From a virus (lineage: Duplodnaviria > Caudoviricetes), in IMG/VR virus record IMGVR_UViG_3300025383_000031, positions 1 to 57,082 of that record: a stretch of 57,082 nucleotides of DNA; one strand, 5' to 3'. Of this stretch, positions 9,303 to 17,954 are shown piece after piece; within the stretch, counting starts at the first letter, position 1, and the number at the start of each line of letters is the position of its first letter. The notes beneath the pieces are model-generated. The model was not told the origin of the DNA. It did no database searches and saw only the letters and a program-made list of their open reading frames with translations. A program made the position numbers and the translations under genes.

Positions 9303-11966
9303 TTAATCCTCAAAGTTAAAAAGGCTAGTGAAAGTATTAGTAATATTGGTTGTATTAGTAATATCCCAATCTAACACATCAAGCAAGTTTTCTACTTTCT
9401 GTGTAACAATAGTGTCTTCCATTTCTTGTTGGTCAAACGGCATATCTTTGAACCATTGTGGAATACGAGATTCATCTGTTGGATAACCGATGCTGGTCAA
9501 ACCAAGTGGGTTATCTTTTAGCTTACATACAATAGTCTTCATGCCATCGGTAATCTCAAGCGAACGAGAATCGCTGTGCATTCTGCGGAGATTATTCCAA
9601 TTAATCGCCGCACGAACGTGACCTGGCATGTTAGCCTTGCCTTGTTTCTTTTCTAACGCACCATAATAGGTAAGTTTATTAACGCGCTTTGGTGTTCCTT
9701 TCTCCCAACTTGGTAATTCTTTGAAAACGTACTTGAACTGGCGAACTTCTTCAATGATTTGCTCACGACCTGCACCATCCAATACTTTCTTAAGAATATC
9801 TGCAAGAAATTCCTGAACAACCCTTGGGGTATCTGACCGTTTAAGGTCAAGCCCCATTGCCTTCATCTTGCCAGTCTTGCCATCTACATCAAGACGTTTG
9901 CCTTCAAGATCATAGATAAGAACTGCATAACGTTTCTTGGTAATAAACAATCCACGAGATGCTACAAGTTCGCGACCGCCCTTGATGATAGCACCAAGTT
10001 CTGGCGTAGTGTGAAATGCTTCATACATGAACTTTGGAAAGGTTAAGTTCACTTGGTCACCAATGGAATCGTATAGTTGAACGCAGATTTCCTTGTTCCA
10101 TTCCATACGCCCACTTTCAACTTCATCTTTAATTGCTGGCCACGCAGTAAAATATACCGAATCGGTATCACCGTAGATAATGCTTTCTCCAAGATGGTCA
10201 TATGTTCCCATAATCAACTGATTAACAGTGGCATCCATATGCTTTGCAATTGTTCGACCACATAGCGTGGTGCTTTGCCCAATACGTTGGTCAAAGAAGC
10301 GGCAACCTGCGTTAAGAATAGCACCATAGAGTGAGTTCAAGTTAATCTTTTTAACTAACTGACGTTTATCCCAGAACGCAATCTCTTTTGCATCCTTGGC
10401 ATCTTTCTTCTTGGCTTGTAGTTCTTTACGCTCACTATACCAACGTTCAAGCAAACTTGGGATAATGCCTTGATGCTCAAGATTAAAGATAGTTCCATTA
10501 GCACTCAATGCCCATGGCGCATAGTTGTCAAAAATCATATCAAAGATTTGGGCGGCACTATAAACTTCGCTCTTGCCATCTGCCCAATCAATTGTAATTT
10601 CGGTACCAATGTCTCGGCGCATAACTGCTTCGTATTCTAGGGAAGCAAACAAACCTTCCCATGCTGCTGCAATACTTTTGCCTTCATCAAGCTTAGTAGC
10701 AAGATGAGCATCTGTCATAACGGGACGCAGTTGTCCAACAATAGTTTCTGGACCCATGTTAAGTGAGCGAATCACACTTGGATACAGTGAGTTAATATCG
10801 ATAGCACCAATCCAATCATGCAATCCTTTCTTAGGATATGCAACATAGGCACCAGCAACTTGAGTATTGATTTCATCACTGCGCGGACGGCGATTAGGAA
10901 CCACCATGCCACGACGATGTGCTTCATTGATAATTGCCTGATCCGTAACCGCAACTGCGCCCATAGTTGTTTGCAGCAACACTGTATTATCGTGAGCAAT
11001 TTCATTTGCTAAATCAAGAAATCGAAGTTTCTTATCTAACTTATTGAGAAGCGCAACGTCCTGACGAGAGTATGCAATGAATGTTTCATAATCACGATTA
11101 TACAACTGGTCAAGAGACCCTTCGTATGCGGTCTTACGCTCATTCAATTCATATTCACCAATAGCATCAAGGCTATAGGAATGACGCTCTTCATAGGTGT
11201 ATTTGCGATACAACACCATATAATCAAGATGCACACGACCTACCAAGTCAAATGTTTTACTCATCTTGCCATACTTTTCGTATTCACGTTCTTTAGGAAA
11301 CTGGTCCCAAAGACAGAAACGACGAGTATCATCCTTGCTCAGCACACGAGCAACACGATTAACAGTATAGGGAATATCAAATCCTTCGCTGTTCCATCCA
11401 CTTAACACATCAGCATCATCGATAAGTTCAAGAAAAGTAAGCAATAATTCTCTTTCACTTTCAAAGTTGAAAGTGTTCTCAAACTTAGCAGCGATAGCAT
11501 TGGCTTCATCCATTGTCATTGACTTTGGAGGTAGCGCAAGCGTTATTAATTGATCTAACCAGTCAAGATATACTGTAATAGCAGTAATCTTGGTGAATGG
11601 ATCATCGGGGGTACTATATCCACGGACACTATCAAAGTCCGTCTCGATATCGAAGAAGGCTGTTTGAAGTTGTGGTGAATCCTTGCCAAGATAGTTGTTG
11701 GCTAAACAGCGAAAGATTGGATTAATATCGGCTTCGTAAATCTTCTTGTTGCTGTGAATAGCAAGTTCTTTACGAAAGTCCTTGCTACTACGGCATTTTA
11801 CAAGTTTAACAGGCGTATCAAAGATACTCTTATGCGAACCATTTTGGTCATCATAGTAGAAAATATAATCTACATCATAGTCTTTGTAGATGCGTTTGCC
11901 ATCTACTCGCTCAACAACGAATACTTTTTCTTTCTGTCGGTCAAGTAGTGCATCTACATATGCCAT
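9303..11966 (-). CDS. Family B DNA polymerase (gp43-like), uninterrupted
   Basis: Exonuclease motifs FDIET, GWNSEGFDIPY, YSRQD; polymerase motifs DINSLYPS, KINLNSLYG, YGDTDS, KKRY. Confidence 0.97.
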   Translation of the reverse strand: MAYVDALLDRQKEKVFVVERVDGKRIYKDYDVDYIFYYDDQNGSHKSIFDTPVKLVKCRSSKDFRKELAIHSNKKIYEADINPIFRCLANNYLGKDSPQLQTAFFDIETDFDSVRGYSTPDDPFTKITAITVYLDWLDQLITLALPPKSMTMDEANAIAAKFENTFNFESERELLLTFLELIDDADVLSGWNSEGFDIPYTVNRVARVLSKDDTRRFCLWDQFPKEREYEKYGKMSKTFDLVGRVHLDYMVLYRKYTYEERHSYSLDAIGEYELNERKTAYEGSLDQLYNRDYETFIAYSRQDVALLNKLDKKLRFLDLANEIAHDNTVLLQTTMGAVAVTDQAIINEAHRRGMVVPNRRPRSDEINTQVAGAYVAYPKKGLHDWIGAIDINSLYPSVIRSLNMGPETIVGQLRPVMTDAHLATKLDEGKSIAAAWEGLFASLEYEAVMRRDIGTEITIDWADGKSEVYSAAQIFDMIFDNYAPWALSANGTIFNLEHQGIIPSLLERWYSERKELQAKKKDAKDAKEIAFWDKRQLVKKINLNSLYGAILNAGCRFFDQRIGQSTTLCGRTIAKHMDATVNQLIMGTYDHLGESIIYGDTDSVYFTAWPAIKDEVESGRMEWNKEICVQLYDSIGDQVNLTFPKFMYEAFHTTPELGAIIKGGRELVASRGLFITKKRYAVLIYDLEGKRLDVDGKTGKMKAMGLDLKRSDTPRVVQEFLADILKKVLDGAGREQIIEEVRQFKYVFKELPSWEKGTPKRVNKLTYYGALEKKQGKANMPGHVRAAINWNNLRRMHSDSRSLEITDGMKTIVCKLKDNPLGLTSIGYPTDESRIPQWFKDMPFDQQEMEDTIVTQKVENLLDVLDWDITNTTNITNTFTSLFNFED

Positions 11967-11968
11967 TA

Positions 11969-12235
11969 TTATTCGTTATCCAAGTTGTTAGTGCTATTCA
12001 AAATGCTTTCAATGATATCAAGGTCTTCACGAGCCTTATCAAAGTCACGCTTCTGTGCCATCTTGATTGCCTTCTTAAGCAGATTTGGCTTGATATTCAT
12101 TTCTTCTGCGATAGCAGCAATAGTATCGTTAAGACCGCCAGTAAGAACCTCTACTTCGGTCATTACAGACATACTTTCGCTCATCAATTGCTTAAGTTTC
12201 GTGCGTTCCTCTGCACTAAAGTTTCTCGTTGTCAC
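11969..12235 (-). CDS. T4 DsbA-like dsDNA-binding protein
   Basis: 88-aa helical protein with IAEEMNIKPNLLKKAIKMA pattern. Confidence 0.6.
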   Translation of the reverse strand: MTTRNFSAEERTKLKQLMSESMSVMTEVEVLTGGLNDTIAAIAEEMNIKPNLLKKAIKMAQKRDFDKAREDLDIIESILNSTNNLDNE

Positions 12236-12647
12236 TCTCTTCTCCTTGCTTGTAAAGTTCTAATAGGGTATGGTATTGTTCATAGGCATCCTTAAGTGTA
12301 GGATACTTTTCGGTAAAGTATGGATCATCTGCGATAATCATCATCTTATCTGCAATCATCATAACAGTTTTATACAATTTATCAAGATTTATTTCATTAT
12401 GATTGGTTTTAATAATTGCATCACCTTTATCTTGTGGTGTAATTTGCAATTCTCTACCCATTATTGATACTGATGGACTTCCAGTAGTCCCCCAACTCAT
12501 AGAACCGCTATTTGTTAGATATCCAGTGCCGCCATTACCACCGCCACCGCCGCCACCAGAAATTGTATATGTTGTAGATGAACCAGTAGCACCGATTGGT
12601 GGTGCAAATGTTGTATTAGACGGATTTTGGACGGTTTTTACGATCAT
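12216..12647 (-). CDS. Hypothetical protein
   Basis: Gly/Thr-rich N-terminus; KYPTLKDAYEQY C-terminal motif also seen in 55615-55893. Confidence 0.65.
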   Translation of the reverse strand: MIVKTVQNPSNTTFAPPIGATGSSTTYTISGGGGGGGNGGTGYLTNSGSMSWGTTGSPSVSIMGRELQITPQDKGDAIIKTNHNEINLDKLYKTVMMIADKMMIIADDPYFTEKYPTLKDAYEQYHTLLELYKQGEESDNEKL

Positions 12648-12969
12648 GCTTCATTTTAGCAGCCATCGCATCGGGTGTCAATTTATATTTTGCAATAAAC
12701 GCATTATGAAGGTCTTTTGGATCAACTTCAAACTCACGGCATATTTGTTGCATCATGCTATCAATGCCATCATAGTCAGTGCGTTCTGCACCATCAAGTG
12801 TGCTTGCAAGACGCTCAACAGCGTTTATCATGTTCTTACTATCGCTGCCACGAACGATGGTATCATATTTCCAACGAGCAGCCATTAGCCCACGAGCACC
12901 TGCACTGACAGGATGACGACCTTGAATAGTAGTGCTCATTGTTGCTTCGGTAATTTCTCTAATGCGCAT
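12616..12969 (-). CDS. Putative capsid-internal protein (leader MRIREITE)
   Basis: Leader resembles the T4 capsid-targeting sequence; TAAATA 5 nt upstream of ATG. Confidence 0.65.
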   Translation of the reverse strand: MRIREITEATMSTTIQGRHPVSAGARGLMAARWKYDTIVRGSDSKNMINAVERLASTLDGAERTDYDGIDSMMQQICREFEVDPKDLHNAFIAKYKLTPDAMAAKMKHDRKNRPKSV

Positions 12970-12973
12970 AGTA

Positions 12974-13696
12974 TTATTTACCTAAATCTTTCAGTATCAT
13001 ATCAGTTAATTTTTTATGAGCATTACGACTTGGATGATATGCTATAAAATCTGCGTGTGATTCTTGTGCTTTTTCCCACGCAACACACTTTTCCAATTCT
13101 TCAACCATTCGCTTATCATTGAGATACTGAACATTATTCTTAGTAAATTTTCTAGTATGATACACGGTATTATGTGGTTGTTTTATATCTACAATAGTAT
13201 TACTCCATGATTCAATCATATTATTACAAAATGTATATTTTTTTATGATAGAATGCACTGGACTTAATCCTCCGATGATATAAAAAGGTATCGAAAATCG
13301 ATCATATATTTCTTGTGCGGCATTGTATGTTAATCTAAACCAATCTTCTAATATCTTATCATATGCGCTATAATCATTTTTGCTATAAACAGTTATATCA
13401 TAATTCCATATATCACGATCATCTGGAAATGGACTATAATGATAGATATTTCGTAGTGGTTCTGTTTGAATCCATATGATTTGATCAAATTTTTCTTTTT
13501 TTAAAGTATCACTTATCAACCTTAGTTGTCGTAAGTTATTGTCACCTGGACAGGATTGGTTGATTGCAAAATGATCAGCTTCTATAAGATATTGCACTAA
13601 ACCATCATGGGAAATAATGGTTGTTTTTTTCTCTATTGTTTCTGGTGAAAATTCACCACAACCCCAACTATCACCTGCTATTAGAAATCTTGCCAT
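12974..13696 (-). CDS. SGNH/GDSL hydrolase-like protein
   Basis: IAGDSWG block, PG.NN, terminal HP...H. Confidence 0.7.
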   Translation of the reverse strand: MARFLIAGDSWGCGEFSPETIEKKTTIISHDGLVQYLIEADHFAINQSCPGDNNLRQLRLISDTLKKEKFDQIIWIQTEPLRNIYHYSPFPDDRDIWNYDITVYSKNDYSAYDKILEDWFRLTYNAAQEIYDRFSIPFYIIGGLSPVHSIIKKYTFCNNMIESWSNTIVDIKQPHNTVYHTRKFTKNNVQYLNDKRMVEELEKCVAWEKAQESHADFIAYHPSRNAHKKLTDMILKDLGK

Positions 13697-13892
13697 TTGG
13701 ATTCATGACAGGTGGGCGACCAATCTTATCAGTCTTATTGCCAAATTTTGCTGCTTGCTTTTGCGTTTCACCAGGATGAATATCAACAGTAAGTGCATTA
13801 GCATAACGAGGGTCTTTAGCCGCCTTTTTGTTAGCAGGAACTACACCGACACCAGCGGCTTCATCAAGGTCAAATAATTCGGTTAATAACAT
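13671..13892 (-). CDS. Small basic putative capsid-internal protein (leader MLLTELFDLDE)
   Basis: ATG 13892 with TAAATA 5 nt upstream. Confidence 0.65.
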   Translation of the reverse strand: MLLTELFDLDEAAGVGVVPANKKAAKDPRYANALTVDIHPGETQKQAAKFGNKTDKIGRPPVMNPNGKISNSR

Positions 13893-13896
13893 ATAA

Positions 13897-14526
13897 TTAT
13901 TTATGGTATTTAAACACATATCCTTTAACTGTTTTTTGTCTACCAGCAAGACAATTTGCTATATCACCTTGTCTAATCCCTAAAATATTTGCGGCTTCAA
14001 CTTGATTTGTAAATGTCGCATTGGTTGTTGTTTCAAGAATCGCTGTTCTATTATTTGCTGGTTTATTAAACATTGGATGTTTATCACCTTTTAGGCTATC
14101 ACTTATTGCCTTGCGCCATTGTTCATTATACGAACCTCTTTTTTGTCCAAGCAAACTATTTCTAATTTTCTCTTTGGACTCTTCACTATGTTTTTTACCC
14201 TTCATAGTGCTTGGTTTTCCTTTATTACTTGGTGGTCTTGCGTCAATGCATATATTAGTAAGTTTATCATAGTTTTCTTTAATATAATCTTCTTCTAATT
14301 TATATGCTAAATTTTCATCTTCAATATTATTATGTAGGAATATAACACCTGGCTGCAATCCTTCTGCTTGTATTTTTTTTATTTTATTTGCAGTAGGGTT
14401 ATTTTCTCCGTTTCCACTCCAATGACCTATATGACTACGCCAACGATGGCCATTGCCTTTTCCACAATAGAATACTTCATCGTTGTTTCTTGGGTCAGTA
14501 AGAAGATATACATAGTATGTTTTCAT
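13897..14526 (-). mobile_element. Free-standing GIY-YIG homing endonuclease with NUMOD3 and C-terminal HTH
   Basis: YYVYLLTDPRNNDEVFYCGKG...R; KGKKHSEESKEKIR; FTNQVEAANILGI; start ATG 14526 after TATAAATA (14532-14539). Confidence 0.85.
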
Positions 14527-14563
14527 ACTATTATTTATACATATTCCAATATCTTGCTTTAAT

Positions 14564-15400
14564 TTACCACTTACGACAGGACCAATAACGAGCAGATGTG
14601 CGTGGACCTGGATTCTCACAATGGTGTCTAGCACGGAAACTCTTACGACGCTTTGGATTACTCTTCTTAATGCGCATTTTCTTATCGCCAAAATTAACTT
14701 TCTTAATATTGCCAGTTTTTGGGTCTTTAACAAACACTTTAAACTTCTTTACATCGCCACGCATTGGCTTGCTAAGTGGAACTTTACGACCATGATATTC
14801 TGCTTCATAAAGGTCATCCATAAAGAATCGAACTTCTTCATTGCCCTTGTATAAAACAACATCATCATCTTCTTCTTCGACATCCCATCCCATGTTATCA
14901 AGCATTTTTGCGGCTTGTGCATGTTGTTCTTGATTACCATTCCACCACATTTTTACTAATCGTTTTAATGTCTGCTGATTGTTTTGTAGTGAAACTACTT
15001 CGCCTTCTTCAATGCCTTCGCCGTAATCTTTACGGTCGTCATTTTCACTATAACCTTTTGTGTATGCTTCAATTTCATGTGGATCAGTTAATTTTTCGTG
15101 CTCATGACCGCCATGTTCGTTTGGCACGAGTTTATGTGGATTATGTCTGCGACCATAATATGAATCAGCACGACCACGATCATATGGCGAACCATGCTTG
15201 CTTTCTGTTTCATCAAGGCTTTCTAACACCTTAAATAATCTTTCGTCGCCAAGTATAGTAATACTATCACCGCTCATTTCCATGATTTCGGTATCAACTT
15301 CTAGCATGTTACCAAATTCTAGGTAAACACCATCACCAATCATTGGACGGTCTTCTGCTATGGCTGTAAGTTTTTCAATTAAAGAACGCATGTCACTCAT
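14564..15400 (-). CDS. Modular putative capsid-internal protein with basic C-terminal domain (SFRARH.C...ARYWSC)
   Basis: Leader MSDMRSLIEKLTAIAE; linkers SLDE, IEEGE, LYE; TAAATA at 15420-15425. Confidence 0.7.
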   Translation of the reverse strand: MSDMRSLIEKLTAIAEDRPMIGDGVYLEFGNMLEVDTEIMEMSGDSITILGDERLFKVLESLDETESKHGSPYDRGRADSYYGRRHNPHKLVPNEHGGHEHEKLTDPHEIEAYTKGYSENDDRKDYGEGIEEGEVVSLQNNQQTLKRLVKMWWNGNQEQHAQAAKMLDNMGWDVEEEDDDVVLYKGNEEVRFFMDDLYEAEYHGRKVPLSKPMRGDVKKFKVFVKDPKTGNIKKVNFGDKKMRIKKSNPKRRKSFRARHHCENPGPRTSARYWSCRKW

Positions 15401-15422
15401 TTTATAAATCCTGCTATATTAT

Positions 15423-16592
15423 TTATTTGTCTATGGCGTTTTGTAAATCTTGTGCTTGAATCTCATATATATTTTTTGTGTAATACTTTAATTTTTCTTG
15501 ATTATGTATAAATCTATCAATATTTTGCGCTTTGTATTCTTGCCAATATTGGATTGATTTATTACAGATTTTCTCTAGCTGCTCAACTGCAAGTTTAATT
15601 CTATGCAGTGGATTAATTTCTAAATCATAGCTATGATCTATAATATCATCAAATAAATCAAAACCCATTGCTCTTATATACTTTAAACTATTGTGGTAAC
15701 AAATATATATAGGAACTTGTCCCAATGCAAAAGGTTTAGTAGATTTCTCTGTAATAAACGGCACTGACCAATAATTTAAATTTATTTCTTTTTCATAGCT
15801 TGATTCTTGCACAATGTTTGCAAATGCGTGTGTAATCTTTATACTATTGAATATATTTTCATTTCCATTATGATTTTCTTGCGGACCATCTATATACATA
15901 GGCATTAAATGTTGATATCTTTGTGGAACTGCTGAAAAATTATTTTCTTCTTTTACATTATAATATCCGCTGCCTAAACTAATATGTCCAAATTTATCAA
16001 GTTTTTTATCTAATAATTGGACAGTGGTTTCTATTCTATGCGGTCTTGTAATTCTTGCTAAACTTACAAAATGGTGTGTTGGTACAACATGACAATTATA
16101 TGCCGCTAACTCTTCCATTTTAAAATTTCGTATAGCAACGCGATTTGTCGCACAATTAATTATAGAAGTATTGAATTGATGTTGCGCACCACTAAAAATT
16201 ATAATATCTTTTAAAGAAATATTAGTTTTTTCTATAATATAATCAATAATAAATTTATAATCATATTTGTATGTTGGTGCTTCATCTTTGTGTTCAAATA
16301 ATATTTTAAATTTATAATTTTTATTTTCTGCAGATTTTTTGTATTTTTTTATAAGATTAATTAAATTCTTATCATTGGCGTCAATAGTATTTTTTACTTT
16401 ATTAATATCAAAAACTTCATACTTGGATATAACAAATAAAAAATTATTTTTAAAATTTAATTCATCCAATAATCTTGCAAAATCATGTTCATTGCCATAA
16501 GTTAAACTACTGCAATACACTACATAATTTTCCTTATCAGCAATTAACATTGCTGTTTTGATAGGAAACTTATCATTATGATTATTGGTCAT
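15423..16592 (-). CDS. AT-rich glycosyltransferase-like protein
   Basis: FITEKSTKPF...G.VPI...MGFDLFDDIIDHSYD, reminiscent of the GT10-like TEK motif. Confidence 0.55.
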   Translation of the reverse strand: MTNNHNDKFPIKTAMLIADKENYVVYCSSLTYGNEHDFARLLDELNFKNNFLFVISKYEVFDINKVKNTIDANDKNLINLIKKYKKSAENKNYKFKILFEHKDEAPTYKYDYKFIIDYIIEKTNISLKDIIIFSGAQHQFNTSIINCATNRVAIRNFKMEELAAYNCHVVPTHHFVSLARITRPHRIETTVQLLDKKLDKFGHISLGSGYYNVKEENNFSAVPQRYQHLMPMYIDGPQENHNGNENIFNSIKITHAFANIVQESSYEKEINLNYWSVPFITEKSTKPFALGQVPIYICYHNSLKYIRAMGFDLFDDIIDHSYDLEINPLHRIKLAVEQLEKICNKSIQYWQEYKAQNIDRFIHNQEKLKYYTKNIYEIQAQDLQNAIDK

Positions 16593-16599
16593 ATAGTAG

Positions 16600-17553
16600 T
16601 TATGACTTTGCTTTGGTGCTCACACGAATTGGTGCCTTGCCACTGCCGCCAGTATCTTTACCGCCACGACCTGCTGCGTTTTGTGCTTTGCGCTTACGAG
16701 TAACTGCACTCTTCTTTTGCGCAGCACTCATGCTACGTGCTTTTGCTGCTGGAACACATTTAGCATAACCACTCTTGCTACCACTGGTACCGCATGGGGG
16801 ATGCTTACCACCAACTTTCTTGCCAATATTAACCCACTTGTCCTTAAACCACTTATGAAGATTGCCGCTTGCTTCTGGTAGCACTAAATTACCACAGTGC
16901 ATGCAATAATCAACTTGTTCAAGTAGCACACTTTCTGTAATTGGGTCACAGCGCAGTTCTGTACTTTCTGTGGCCATTTCTGTTGCGATTTTTTTCTTAT
17001 ATACGTATAGTTTGTAACCTGAACTATCATCGTTAAAAATTTTATTCTGTTGAACTGGATCGGTTACAGCCTTAAAACCCATCTGCTCAAAGAATTTTGC
17101 TGCCCTATCATATAATTTAATTCTGCTTAATTCGTTTGATTTTGCGCCCATGACAATTACTTCGGCATTGGGATGTCTTGCAATAAAGTGATTTAAACAA
17201 TAGGCAACACCGTTAAATATTTTAAAAACAGTATCCTTTTCAGTTCCAGTTGCAGCATGGGTATCGGGTCTTGACTGTGTTTTATTTTCGAAAGCCAATA
17301 CATAATAATTTTCATTATATTCTTTAAATGTGACTTCAATTTTGGTTTTACCAACAGTGAAATCATAATCAGAACCGTAATTATCTGCATACACGTCAAA
17401 ATTTTCTGGCGCTTTATTTACATCAATAAATTCTTCAATTTCTTCGCTTTCGTTCTTGACGCAGTTTGGGTATGTCTTGCCAAACATCTTCTTGTTACCT
17501 TCTTTGTGGTAACCTTTCCAACATGCTTCACCAAGAACATCTTCCATCTTCAT
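16600..17553 (-). CDS. Modular putative capsid-internal protein
   Basis: Leader MKMEDVLGE; CWKGY...PNCV module; central SRIKLY domain; CxxC; Glu-free basic C-terminal domain. Confidence 0.7.
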   Translation of the reverse strand: MKMEDVLGEACWKGYHKEGNKKMFGKTYPNCVKNESEEIEEFIDVNKAPENFDVYADNYGSDYDFTVGKTKIEVTFKEYNENYYVLAFENKTQSRPDTHAATGTEKDTVFKIFNGVAYCLNHFIARHPNAEVIVMGAKSNELSRIKLYDRAAKFFEQMGFKAVTDPVQQNKIFNDDSSGYKLYVYKKKIATEMATESTELRCDPITESVLLEQVDYCMHCGNLVLPEASGNLHKWFKDKWVNIGKKVGGKHPPCGTSGSKSGYAKCVPAAKARSMSAAQKKSAVTRKRKAQNAAGRGGKDTGGSGKAPIRVSTKAKS

Positions 17554-17954
17554 TTGGATTTATTTCCCCAATTTTTAGCACCAGCCTTACGGCACTTAAC
17601 TAGCGCACCACTTGCGTAAGCACTTGGCCATACTTTGTAACGGCTCTTTACTTTATAATAGCAAGCATCCTTCTTTTCATCTACACGAGATTCTGGTAGC
17701 ATAAGTCCGCCACAATGCGGGCAACTTTCTTCTACATGGTCGTGTGCGGCACTGCCAACAATTTCATTATAATTGTCCATGCAAAGATAATCGTGGTGCT
17801 TGGATAATTTAATCATCTTTTCAGCAACATCATGCAAATCTTCATCGGTTTTTGCATCTTCACGAGCATATTCCATCATACGTAGCAGTAGCGGAATATC
17901 CATACTAACTGTATCGGTTTTGTCTGCTTCGCTTACAATCTGCCTAATACGCAT
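17550..17954 (-). CDS. Modular putative capsid-internal protein
   Basis: Leader MRIRQIVSE; DIPLLLRMMEYARED module; CPHC; basic C-terminal WPSAYASG module after VDE. Confidence 0.7.
   Translation of the reverse strand: MRIRQIVSEADKTDTVSMDIPLLLRMMEYAREDAKTDEDLHDVAEKMIKLSKHHDYLCMDNYNEIVGSAAHDHVEESCPHCGGLMLPESRVDEKKDACYYKVKSRYKVWPSAYASGALVKCRKAGAKNWGNKSK

Noticed and set aside
9303-11966. Intein or intron in the DNA polymerase
   Set aside because: 887 aa with all motifs at normal spacing.
14500-14526. MKTYY start of the endonuclease as a T4 MKTY-type capsid-targeting leader
   Set aside because: These residues are the first strand of the GIY-YIG motif and no hydrophobic-x-Glu site follows at the expected position.
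14527-14733. Long N-terminal extensions in the ORF track (also 904-999, 5590-5694, 39029-39232, 40879-40968)
   Set aside because: They overlap upstream genes or promoters; downstream starts have RBS or promoter support.
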